A program made the position numbers and the translations under genes. The notes below the pieces were generated by a model that saw nothing but the letters and a program-made list of their open reading frames with translations, was not told the origin of the DNA and did not search any database. Positions 16,385-25,347 of a stretch of 29,461 nt of DNA are shown in pieces. The stretch's first letter is position 1, and each line of letters opens with the position of its first letter. Source of the stretch: an uncultured archaeon. GTDB taxonomy: Archaea; Asgardarchaeota; Heimdallarchaeia; Heimdallarchaeales; Heimdallarchaeaceae. The stretch spans positions 1-29,461 of the forward strand of contig CAZJUB010000030.1 in the NCBI GenBank assembly GCA_964549075.1, read 5' to 3'.

Positions 16385-18988
16385 CTACTCTGTTTTAGGA
16401 TTTTCAATGTCTTTTGTAAATACTGAAGCATATTCTTGCAATTTAATTTCCTCTAAAACTTTAGCTAATCTCTCAATTGCATTAAGATGATGTACTAGCG
16501 AATCAAGCCATGAATAGATGTCTCCAGGATAAGTTAAGATATTAAGTTCTTTCCTTATTTCGTCAGCTATTCTGGTAGGAGAATGACCCAACTTTCTATA
16601 TTCCACTATGATCTTTGAAAAAGCTATCTCACCACAATCACAAAAAGGTTTATCTGCACATTTGCAAGTGAAAATACTTTTTGTCCATTTACCAAAAGTT
16701 TCGATTACTAATTTAGAAGGACTATTCCTCCCCCAACCATTACCTGAATACAGATCTAAAATCGCACCAGAAAAAATGTTTGTTGATATAGTCGATTTTA
16801 GTATTCTCTCAATGTCACCATGGACTCTAGGAGCTAAATGTGCAGATCTAAAAGGTTGAATCTTAATAGCTAATGTCAAAGCAAAATCGTCATCATATTT
16901 TCTAGTCTTTTTTCGTTGAATTTCTTGAACAATTCTTAATGCATATGCAGGAGATAAAAATGAAAGAGAAACAGCCCTCCCCAATCTTGTCGGTGTAATA
17001 ACTTTGTTCTCTATATGAATCATGCCCATTTTTCTTAAATCTTTAATATTCTCTCTTAATGGATTAGATCTCCCCAAGATGTTAACAAATATCATTTTAT
17101 CATCAGAGATACTGACTACATTAAAGCAGACTATCGTTGCAAGAACTTCTTCTTCCTCCTCTATTGTATCAAGGACAGGCTCAACATCTTCTATTGGCTT
17201 GGTAAGTAAACTGAAAGCAACTTGTTCCTCTGTTTCTTTTTGTCCAACATAGATTTTACGCCCTGGTTCAACTAAAAGATATACTTTTCCTCTATCATGA
17301 AAACCCAATCTTCCCGCTCGACCTAACATCTGGTGAAATTCTGCAACTGATAACCATTTTATCCCCATTGCAAGATTTTCAAAAATAACAACTGAAGCAG
17401 GAAAATCTACACCTGCTCCAAGTGCAATGGTTGTAACTACAGTTGAATATCTACCTGACTCAAAACCTCTCTCTACACGTTTTCTATGAGTGTAAGTTAA
17501 ACCAGCATGATAGTAAGTTGCATTAATCCCTCTCCGTTTCAATTTTCTGGCAAGAGTTTCGCAGTTTTTTCTTGAATTAGTAAAGACTAAACATTGTCCT
17601 TGAAAACCAGCTTTCGATTTTACCTTTTCCTCATTTTTACAAATGTTAAATAGGTGATCAAAACGTTCAGCTTCATTTTCAGTAAGAATAGTGTGTCTTT
17701 CAAGAGGGATAGGTCTATCAAGATATTCTACACAATTGGCATATAACTCCTCAGCTAATCCCTGAGGATTGCCTATTGTAGCAGATAGATAGATAAATTG
17801 AGCTTTTGGGAAAAGTGCTTTTAGACGTGCAATTAGGCCATTCAGTCTAAATCCTCTCTCTTCAGCAACAAGCATCTGTACTTCATCAATAACTATGGTA
17901 CCAATCTCTCCCATTTCTTTACTTTTCGAATCTCTAAGTAAGAAATCAAATGCTTCATATGTTGCAACTATGATCTGAGCTTTTCTAAAATTATCGTCAA
18001 CAATTGGCTTAAATTCTCCCTGTACCTTGATTCTGCTCATTCCTACACGAATAGCTGTTTTTAATTGTAAATTTCTGTATCTCTTTTTGAACTGTTCATA
18101 CTTTTGATTTGTTAAGGCAACTAAAGGTGATAAATAAACAAATTTCTTCCCTTTTATTGCTTTGGGAATACCTGCTAATTCTCCAACTAACGTTTTTCCA
18201 GAAGTGGTTCCTGCGACCACAAGTAAGTCCTTATTTGTAAATAAACCTGCTTCTATTGCAGATTGTTGAACTGGTAGGAGCGTTTTGATACCATCTCTTA
18301 TCAATTGTTCTCTAAACTTTTGAGGTAATTTGTCAAGAGAATTGATATTAACTTGCTTATCAATTTTCTTACCAGGAATAATATCAAATAAGGTTGAATC
18401 AGGATTTTTTATGGGATCTTGATTTGATCCAAAAGAAATATTTTCAAGAACATTATCTAGATGACCTTCTCTTTGAGCTTGTTGTTGAAAGAATTTTGTT
18501 AAACCTCCAGAGACATAGAGATTACTCCTTTGAAGTTCGGTTGTTAACTCTGTTTTACTGCAATAATCACATATTCGGTGCCCTTTGAATTTAATAGAAT
18601 CTGTATCTAAAACAGTCCATCTGTTTCTTTTTAGCAGACAGGTTGAACAAACTTGAACAATTTTTGGTTTGGAGATTTTGAAAGTTGTGCAATACTCAAT
18701 CAGACTATTGTTATCCCATGGCAAATCAGTATCTGGTATTAAAAGATAATCTGCATCACGAAGATTATCAGTAGCAAAACCCGGTCTAATATAGATATTG
18801 GAACTTTTCCCTAATTTAAGATATTTATACACTCTCAGTCTATTTCTTTCATAAACAAATTGTAATCTAGTATGAACCAAAGCTTTACGAGTTTTTTTAT
18901 CTTTTAGACTAAAGTAGAGTATATCGACAGAACGTTTTGTCTTATTCCAATTAAACAAAATTGCAGCATAAGGTTTTGGAAGTTTCAT
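16385..18988 (-). CDS. Archaea-specific Ski2-like SF2 helicase (ASH-Ski2/DUF5814-type)
   Basis: Q motif LLPVQ, Walker A AGTTSGKT, PLVAL, DEVQ, SAT, YHAGL and QMLGRAGR motifs; N-terminal CxxC..CxxC and C-terminal CxC...PxCxC cysteine clusters. Confidence 0.9.
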   Translation of the reverse strand: MKLPKPYAAILFNWNKTKRSVDILYFSLKDKKTRKALVHTRLQFVYERNRLRVYKYLKLGKSSNIYIRPGFATDNLRDADYLLIPDTDLPWDNNSLIEYCTTFKISKPKIVQVCSTCLLKRNRWTVLDTDSIKFKGHRICDYCSKTELTTELQRSNLYVSGGLTKFFQQQAQREGHLDNVLENISFGSNQDPIKNPDSTLFDIIPGKKIDKQVNINSLDKLPQKFREQLIRDGIKTLLPVQQSAIEAGLFTNKDLLVVAGTTSGKTLVGELAGIPKAIKGKKFVYLSPLVALTNQKYEQFKKRYRNLQLKTAIRVGMSRIKVQGEFKPIVDDNFRKAQIIVATYEAFDFLLRDSKSKEMGEIGTIVIDEVQMLVAEERGFRLNGLIARLKALFPKAQFIYLSATIGNPQGLAEELYANCVEYLDRPIPLERHTILTENEAERFDHLFNICKNEEKVKSKAGFQGQCLVFTNSRKNCETLARKLKRRGINATYYHAGLTYTHRKRVERGFESGRYSTVVTTIALGAGVDFPASVVIFENLAMGIKWLSVAEFHQMLGRAGRLGFHDRGKVYLLVEPGRKIYVGQKETEEQVAFSLLTKPIEDVEPVLDTIEEEEEVLATIVCFNVVSISDDKMIFVNILGRSNPLRENIKDLRKMGMIHIENKVITPTRLGRAVSLSFLSPAYALRIVQEIQRKKTRKYDDDFALTLAIKIQPFRSAHLAPRVHGDIERILKSTISTNIFSGAILDLYSGNGWGRNSPSKLVIETFGKWTKSIFTCKCADKPFCDCGEIAFSKIIVEYRKLGHSPTRIADEIRKELNILTYPGDIYSWLDSLVHHLNAIERLAKVLEEIKLQEYASVFTKDIENPKTE

Positions 18989-19023
18989 GGTATCACAGTA
19001 TCTTAAAATTCCTCAGAAGAACT

Positions 19024-19647
19024 TTAACCAGTTTCTGTTTTATCTAGAAATGGATCAAGTTTAATACCACATCCTCGGCAAAACTTCGCCGTTACTGCAA
19101 TTTCTTTATTACAAGCTGGGCAATTTCTTGTGAGCTGTTGACCGCAAAATTTACAATACTGCAGAAGTGGAACTTCTCGACCACATTTGGGGCACAAGAT
19201 GGTTTTTACTTTTTTTGCAGTTGTTTTTATTGTAGTTGAGGATGGTACTGGAGTAGTTTTAGTCTCTTTCTGAATTTTCGGTACAGGTTCTTTGTTTGAT
19301 AAATCTGTTTCAACTGGTTTTGCTAACCAACTTGGTTGTTCAGGAACATAGGTTCCATCAGACTGTTTTCCAGCTTGGGAGGTAAAAATAGCAGGTCTCT
19401 TGGTTTCAGGTTGTGATGGAGATTTAATACTAACTGAGATTTCCTCTTCCATTTGAGGATCTGTATCAAGAATGAAATCAAGAACAGGTGTCTCCTTAGG
19501 AACACTTATTTTTTTCTTTCCTTGTTTTAGAAGAACTAAAGCTAGATAATCTTTTACTTCTTCTTGTTTTGATCCACAATAAGGACACACTTCTTCAGTG
19601 TCCTCTATCTCTTCCCAACAAGCTAAACATTCTTTCATTTTATTCAC
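19024..19647 (-). CDS. Zinc-ribbon / double zinc ribbon protein
   Basis: N-terminal CLAC..CPYCG, Pro/Thr/Ser/Lys-rich linker, C-terminal CPKC..CKFC..CPAC..CRGC. Confidence 0.8.
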   Translation of the reverse strand: MNKMKECLACWEEIEDTEEVCPYCGSKQEEVKDYLALVLLKQGKKKISVPKETPVLDFILDTDPQMEEEISVSIKSPSQPETKRPAIFTSQAGKQSDGTYVPEQPSWLAKPVETDLSNKEPVPKIQKETKTTPVPSSTTIKTTAKKVKTILCPKCGREVPLLQYCKFCGQQLTRNCPACNKEIAVTAKFCRGCGIKLDPFLDKTETG

Positions 19648-19815
19648 TTAATTATTAAATTTTAAGGAACGCTTCTATTTCAATAAAATATCGGGAATTA
19701 ATAAAACTAGCTTTTAATAAGAAGTGAAATAAACAACATTTTTCCCAATCAACTAAATAATTATCCAAGAAGTTTCACCATCGAAAAGATTTTAACTTTA
19801 AGAAAGTATCAAAAA

Positions 19816-20211
19816 ATGAGTATTATGGCTAAGATGAAACCAATCAAATGTAAATGCGGAAATACATGGATGCCTCATGAAGTTCCAACCAATAAAGAAT
19901 GGAATATGATCTCACCAATGCCTGATAAGGATGGTAATGTAACCATAACCATAATGGCAACTTGGACCTGTCCTAAATGTGGAAAAAGCAAAACTGGTGC
20001 CAAAGGTAAAACTAAAGGCGAATTTAAGGAAGAAGAAACTCCGAAATATAAGATTGAAACAGCAATTTCTTCAGGAAAGGAATTTAGTATATCTAAGTTA
20101 GCTGAAGAAACTGGATTTGATATCGAAAATATCAAGAAAATTATCCCTATGTACATGAAAAAGAAAAACATCAAAGGCAAAATCCAAGGAGATAAGTTTA
20201 TTCCACAATAA
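19816..20211 (+). CDS. Zinc-finger protein with C-terminal winged-helix (PCI-like) domain
   Basis: CKCG...CPKCG; C-terminus FSISKLAEETGFDIENIKKII...NIKGKIQGDKFI resembles a PCI winged helix. Confidence 0.65.
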   Translation: MSIMAKMKPIKCKCGNTWMPHEVPTNKEWNMISPMPDKDGNVTITIMATWTCPKCGKSKTGAKGKTKGEFKEEETPKYKIETAISSGKEFSISKLAEETGFDIENIKKIIPMYMKKKNIKGKIQGDKFIPQ

Positions 20212-20275
20212 GACCAAATGGCAAAGATTTTTAAACGTATAATAAAATCTCGCACAAAGAACAGAAGGTATCACA

Positions 20276-20500
20276 ATGGCTTACGCAGCTTACAAGGGAA
20301 TGTTGTTTGGTGGATGGTTAACATTCGTACTAGTATTATTTATCGTATTATCTATAATAGCTATAGTTTGGTTTGTTCTTTACGTAGAGATGTCTCAAAG
20401 AAAGAATTGGAAAATGGTTACTTTAATTATCGTTATCAACAGCTTACTTGTTGCTTTTGCGATTCAACTAATTCTATTAAAAGTAAATGTGATATTCTAA
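20276..20500 (+). CDS. OST5/TMEM258-like small two-TM protein (oligosaccharyltransferase accessory subunit)
   Basis: 74 aa, two TM helices; WFVLY...SLLVAFAIQLILLKVNVIF parallels TMEM258 WFFVY...SLFMGFGVLFLLLWVGIYV (recalled), including the C-terminal end position. Confidence 0.7.
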   Translation: MAYAAYKGMLFGGWLTFVLVLFIVLSIIAIVWFVLYVEMSQRKNWKMVTLIIVINSLLVAFAIQLILLKVNVIF

Positions 20501-20579
20501 TCGCTCTTAATATTTTTCTGCTTTTCTACGCCTTTACTTCACTATTCTCTTAAGAAATTATACAAAAGTTAAATAACCA

Positions 20580-21485
20580 GTGGGAGATAAACCAACAAGA
20601 TTAACGCCGCTTAATCTCTTTGTAAGATTGGTGTCTGAAATGTCTCCTGATACATTCTTTGCATATCTCTCAGAGGAAGATATACGATCAACTTTGTCCA
20701 CTGTTGCAAAGAATAAGACTAAAGAACAATTACAACAAATGTTTTTTAAAGAACTTAAAGAGAAAAAAATTTCCTTCACAAAAGCAAGAAATTTGTGGAT
20801 AAAGGCAATGAAAAAGCTCTTTTATACTGAATTTCAACGTTTTTACCATTTTACTCCAACTAATAAATTCGACACATCTACTAAATTAAAAAATGAATTA
20901 AGTAAAATAGCTACTCAAGTCGCTATTGATCAAGAGGAAGAACTAGGCACCTCTTCAGTTGTCAAACTAAATTCTTCACCTTTACATTATCTTTATGTAA
21001 CTACTTTAGATCCCAAATCGGACTTTCAAGAACTTCTTAAAACTCCTTTAGATTCTATGATAATTCTTTCAATTTTACCTAAAAACGGTGTAATCGCTTA
21101 TTGGCCAACCCTAAAAGATAAAAAATACAAATTTGTCCAAAAATTAATAAAAGCAGTTTTCAAGGGTGTTGATGAAATAACTGTTAATGCTTTACTCTTA
21201 CGAAAATATGCTGTTCAAGAAAATATCACTAAATTAGGTATTTCAACTCCTCAAGAAATCGCTGGATTTGCGGGTTTGGATGTAATAGAGTTTAAAGGAT
21301 CCAATGTCATGTTGGGTTTATCTGGTCTGAAAAGAAGACACGATGCTAATGTTGATGTAATTACTAGAGTAGGTCCATTTACAGAAATAGAATCAGACAT
21401 AATAAGAATTGTATGTGGAAAAGGTGTACAAATCAAATCTTATGAAGGTATTGAGGCACTTTTAAGAACTTTAAAAGCAACTTAA
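20580..21485 (+). CDS. Hypothetical protein
   Basis: 301-aa ORF with GTG start, globular alpha/beta composition, no recognised motif. Confidence 0.7.
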   Translation: MGDKPTRLTPLNLFVRLVSEMSPDTFFAYLSEEDIRSTLSTVAKNKTKEQLQQMFFKELKEKKISFTKARNLWIKAMKKLFYTEFQRFYHFTPTNKFDTSTKLKNELSKIATQVAIDQEEELGTSSVVKLNSSPLHYLYVTTLDPKSDFQELLKTPLDSMIILSILPKNGVIAYWPTLKDKKYKFVQKLIKAVFKGVDEITVNALLLRKYAVQENITKLGISTPQEIAGFAGLDVIEFKGSNVMLGLSGLKRRHDANVDVITRVGPFTEIESDIIRIVCGKGVQIKSYEGIEALLRTLKAT

Positions 21486-21580
21486 GTATCCAATAATTTT
21501 TTTCTGAAGTGAAGCTGTGCTACCTAAAAAATTTTAAAAAACAAAAAAATCATATCATAGAAAGGACTAGGTTAGAAGTA

Positions 21581-22135
21581 ATGATAGAAGTTATTCAAAT
21601 TAGTAGAGGAGGAAGTGGAGGGGTAACTGGAGCCAAAATTCTTGCAAAAGCAGCAATGTTTGAAGGATTAGACTCTCAAGCTATCCCGAAGTATGGCTCA
21701 GAACGTAGAGGTGCAGCTGTTGAAGCTTACCTACGATTTGATACAAAACCTATTCGAATCCACAGCCCTGTTTATAACGCTAATCATGCACTTGTGCTAG
21801 ATGAAACATTGCTTGATAGAATTAACGTAGACAAAGTGGATAAAGAAGGATTGATTATTATCAATGCTAAAGAAGTCCCTGAAAAATTAAAAGGCTCTGG
21901 AAGAAAGGTTGCAATAGTCGACGCTACTAAAATCTCCCAAGATTTAGGTTTGGTTTTAAGTGGTTTTACATTAGTAAATATGACAATGCTAGGGGCTTTT
22001 GCTAAAGCAACCAAGATTGTTAGTCTTGATAATTTAGTCAAAGCTATAACCGAATATTGGGGAGAAAGACGTGCGCCAAAAAATGTAGAAGCTGCTAGAA
22101 GAGCTTTTGAATCGACAGAGGTGAAAGAAGTATGA
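21581..22135 (+). CDS. porG: Pyruvate/2-oxoacid:ferredoxin oxidoreductase gamma subunit
   Basis: RGGSGGVT, YGSERRGA, VDATKI and NMTMLGA motifs. ATG 21581 is preferred over GTG 21509. Confidence 0.9.
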   Translation: MIEVIQISRGGSGGVTGAKILAKAAMFEGLDSQAIPKYGSERRGAAVEAYLRFDTKPIRIHSPVYNANHALVLDETLLDRINVDKVDKEGLIIINAKEVPEKLKGSGRKVAIVDATKISQDLGLVLSGFTLVNMTMLGAFAKATKIVSLDNLVKAITEYWGERRAPKNVEAARRAFESTEVKEV

Positions 22136-22404
22136 CAGAAGGACCAAGTCAACCAATTTTATATCCAATAGTAGGATCTGCAGGAAAAACTGGAGAATGG
22201 AGAACGTTTTACCCGGTGTTAGACCCAGCTTTATGCATTAAATGTAATATTTGCTGGAAATATTGTCCAGACAATTCAATCTATCCTGCTGACCTAAAGA
22301 AAGATCAAGTGATCAGCTTTGATTACGACTACTGTAAGGGCTGCGGGATCTGCGCAGAGGAATGCCCTAAAGATGCAATAAAAATGAAACGTCAAGGTGA
22401 ATAG
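22132..22404 (+). CDS. porD: Pyruvate/2-oxoacid:ferredoxin oxidoreductase delta subunit (2x[4Fe-4S])
   Basis: TGEWRTFYP, CIKCNICWKYCP and DYDYCKGCGICAEECP motifs; ATGA overlap with porG. Confidence 0.93.
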   Translation: MTEGPSQPILYPIVGSAGKTGEWRTFYPVLDPALCIKCNICWKYCPDNSIYPADLKKDQVISFDYDYCKGCGICAEECPKDAIKMKRQGE

Positions 22405-23548
22405 AATGGTATTAAAACAAGAAATGAAATCAATGACTGGTAATGATGCGGCATCGTATGCGGCTCTATTCGCAAAACCAGAAGTAATTGCAGCTTATCC
22501 CATAACTCCACAAACGACTATTGTCGAAAATATTAGTCAATATGTTGATGAAGGTTTATTAGATGCTGAGTTTGTTATTGTTGAAAGTGAACATTCTGCC
22601 TTAGCTGCTTGTATGGGTGCTGCTTGGAGTGGTGTTAGAACTTTTACTGCTACTTCATCTCAAGGATTATTATATATGGCAGAAAATGTTTTTTGGTCTG
22701 GGTATGGTAGATTACCTATAATCATGCCTGTTGTAAATCGTTGTTTAGCACCTGGATGGAACATCTGGCCTGATTTTCAAGACAGTATGGCTTTTCGAGA
22801 TGCTGGTTGGATACAAATGTATACAAAAAATAACCAAGAAGTATTTGATACCGTCCTTCAAGCGTTTAAGATTTCTGAAAGCAAAGACATCGCTCTCCCG
22901 TCTATGCCTTGTTTGGATGGTTTTATCATTAGTCATACAACTGGACAAGTTCAATTACCTGATGCTGAAGAAGCTTATGAATTTGTTGGACCCTATGACG
23001 ATCCAGTCATAGAATTAAATATTAAAAATCCTTGGGCTTTTGGAGCTATGACCGGACCTGATCAATATGGCAAAAATAGAAAGGATCTCATAGCTGCCAT
23101 GGAACGTGCTAAATCTAAAATTATAGATGTTCACAAAGAATTTGCTGATACTTTTGGTAGATCCTATGGTAATGGTTTAGTCGAACCTTATGGAGATGAT
23201 GTAGCTGATTTAACTATCATGTCTTTGGGAACTATAGGTGATGAAGCTCATGAAGCTATAGATCGATTAGTTGCTGAAGGACTTAGTGTTAATGCTCTTA
23301 GAGTACGAACTTTCCGTCCATTTCCAGAAGAGGATATTGTTAAATTTGCTAAGAAGAATCACAAACTTCTAGTAATAGACAGATCTGCAAGTTTTGGTCA
23401 TGGTGGACAACTTGGAATCGAGGTTGAAGCGGTTCTAAAACGAAATAATGTAGATACTCCTGTTAAAAAATTAATTAGAGGATTAGGTGGAGAAGATGTT
23501 CCATATACCAAAATTATGGATGACGCTAAGGAAGCGTTGAAGGAATGA
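22397..23548 (+). CDS. porA: Pyruvate/2-oxoacid:ferredoxin oxidoreductase alpha subunit
   Basis: AYPITPQT, ESEHSA, TATSSQGL, FRPFP and GLGG motifs; start is GTG 22397 or ATG 22406. Confidence 0.93.
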   Translation: MNRMVLKQEMKSMTGNDAASYAALFAKPEVIAAYPITPQTTIVENISQYVDEGLLDAEFVIVESEHSALAACMGAAWSGVRTFTATSSQGLLYMAENVFWSGYGRLPIIMPVVNRCLAPGWNIWPDFQDSMAFRDAGWIQMYTKNNQEVFDTVLQAFKISESKDIALPSMPCLDGFIISHTTGQVQLPDAEEAYEFVGPYDDPVIELNIKNPWAFGAMTGPDQYGKNRKDLIAAMERAKSKIIDVHKEFADTFGRSYGNGLVEPYGDDVADLTIMSLGTIGDEAHEAIDRLVAEGLSVNALRVRTFRPFPEEDIVKFAKKNHKLLVIDRSASFGHGGQLGIEVEAVLKRNNVDTPVKKLIRGLGGEDVPYTKIMDDAKEALKE

Positions 23549-23549
23549 G

Positions 23550-24461
23550 GTGAAAAAGATGCCAGTAACTCAAAAAGATTTAATGAATATCCCTAAAGAT
23601 GCTATGCTAAAAGGGCACTTTGCTTGTGCTGGGTGTGGCTCAGCTTTAGCTTTCCGCCATGCAATTGGTTCAGTAGCTGATAAAGCTGTGTTAGTCGTTC
23701 CTGCTAGTTGTGCAAGTGTTTATCAAGGATCAGGAAAAGGTGTAGCCTTCAATGTTCCTACAATCAACACTGCATTTGCTGCAAGTGATGCAGTAGCTTC
23801 AGGTATATCTCGAGCTATGAAAAGAAAAGGTAAAGATGATGTTAAAGTAATTGTTTGGGGTGGTGATGGTTCAGCAGCCGACATCGGAATCGCTACTGAA
23901 ATCGGTGCCTGTGATCGTCAAGAAAACGTCCTTCATGTTATGTATTCCAACAATGTGTATGGTAATACTGGAGGACAGAGAAGTGGTGATACCATGATCG
24001 GTGCAAGGACTGCAACAACTCCTGAAGGTAATACTACTCCACGAAAAATGGTTCCATTTATTATGATGGCTAATAATGCAAGATATGTTGCTACTGCAAG
24101 TGAAGCTTATCTAGAGGATTTTGTTGAAAAATTCCAGAAAGCACTTTCTTTCGATGGTTTCAAATTTATTCAGATAGATATCAGTTGTCCACCTAATTGG
24201 CGAGCTGATTCTGCTCATTCTGTTAAAATTGCTAGACTTGGTGTTCAAACAGGTATTTGGCCTTTATTTGAATGGGATAGATCCACTAACAAAGTTGTTC
24301 TGAGTAGACCAAGTAAGAAATATGAAGCAGTGGAAAATCGATTACCAGTAACTGATTGGACCAGTTTACAAGGCAGATTCCGAGGTATTACTGAAGATGA
24401 ACTGAAAGCTTTAGAAGAGGATACAGAACGCCAGTGGAATTTTATACGCAAATTCCTCTAA
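23550..24461 (+). CDS. porB: Pyruvate/2-oxoacid:ferredoxin oxidoreductase beta subunit (TPP-binding)
   Basis: GHFACAGCG, GGDG..DIG, YGNTGGQRS, TTP and CP motifs. Confidence 0.93.
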   Translation: MKKMPVTQKDLMNIPKDAMLKGHFACAGCGSALAFRHAIGSVADKAVLVVPASCASVYQGSGKGVAFNVPTINTAFAASDAVASGISRAMKRKGKDDVKVIVWGGDGSAADIGIATEIGACDRQENVLHVMYSNNVYGNTGGQRSGDTMIGARTATTPEGNTTPRKMVPFIMMANNARYVATASEAYLEDFVEKFQKALSFDGFKFIQIDISCPPNWRADSAHSVKIARLGVQTGIWPLFEWDRSTNKVVLSRPSKKYEAVENRLPVTDWTSLQGRFRGITEDELKALEEDTERQWNFIRKFL

Positions 24462-24490
24462 TTCTATTCTTTTTTATTCTCTCCTTTTTT
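24462..24490 (+). terminator. Putative oligo-T archaeal terminator after the por operon
   Basis: Pyrimidine-rich stretch with two T6 runs immediately after the porB stop. Confidence 0.35.
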
Positions 24491-24569
24491 GTCGTGTAAT
24501 TCAATAATTTCTTTTCCTTACTTGATTACCCTCATCGATGTTTTTAATAATCATCTTACTTTTTTTTTA

Positions 24570-25223
24570 ATGACAGACTTGACAGAGACTGATACATTGG
24601 ATGAGCTATACCAGTTGATTTACGGTTTTATAGAAAGTGCAATTCAGCTGAAAAGATTACCTAGACAAGGATGGATTAGAATAGGTATTTCTCTTTCTGA
24701 CGTTGAAAGTGTTGCAGACCACGCATACAATACAACAATGTTATCGCTTCTATTAAGTGATCTTCACAATGCTCTCTATCCAGAAAAGCCGATAAACACA
24801 GAAGTTGTAATGAGATTAGCAATTGTTCATGACTTACCTGAGTGTAAATATCAGGATTTTGATCGACAAGTAAAAATTATGCTTGGACAAGATCGTTATC
24901 AACAATTTAAGAGTCAACTATTGACAACAGCTAGTACTGAAATGCTGTCTCTTATCTTAAATGAAGACGTTAAAAAACAATGGCAAGAAATGTTCCAAGA
25001 ACTTCAAGAAGAAGAGAGTACAGAAATGAAATTTGTCTCCTATGTAGACAAGATGGAAGTACTTATCCAAGCAATATCCTATGAAGCAATTGGTTATCAT
25101 TCTTTCTTATTTGATAGTTTTTGGGAGACTTCTAAGAAATTCCTTGAGGATTGTCCTTTTGAAGTAATTAACGATTTGTTACCAATTTTAGAGGAAGAAC
25201 GAGCTAGCATTGGTAAGAAATAA
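24570..25223 (+). CDS. HD-domain 5'-deoxynucleotidase (YfbR/HDDC2 family)
   Basis: LKRLPRQGW, ESVADH, HDLPE and DKME motifs. ATG 24570 is preferred over TTG 24489. Confidence 0.88.
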   Translation: MTDLTETDTLDELYQLIYGFIESAIQLKRLPRQGWIRIGISLSDVESVADHAYNTTMLSLLLSDLHNALYPEKPINTEVVMRLAIVHDLPECKYQDFDRQVKIMLGQDRYQQFKSQLLTTASTEMLSLILNEDVKKQWQEMFQELQEEESTEMKFVSYVDKMEVLIQAISYEAIGYHSFLFDSFWETSKKFLEDCPFEVINDLLPILEEERASIGKK

Positions 25224-25347
25224 TTCCCAAAACCATATCTGTTAACTAGGATACAACTATCAATCAGTTTATTAAACCAAATTTTTTAATATTACAACAA
25301 GCTTTACCTATAATGTAAAGCTATTAAGAACAATCATAGAGTTTGGA

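Noticed and set aside
20218-20553. 111-aa ORF on the + strand
   Set aside because: Overlaps the OST5-like ORF out of frame and has no recognisable features; the shorter frame is better supported.
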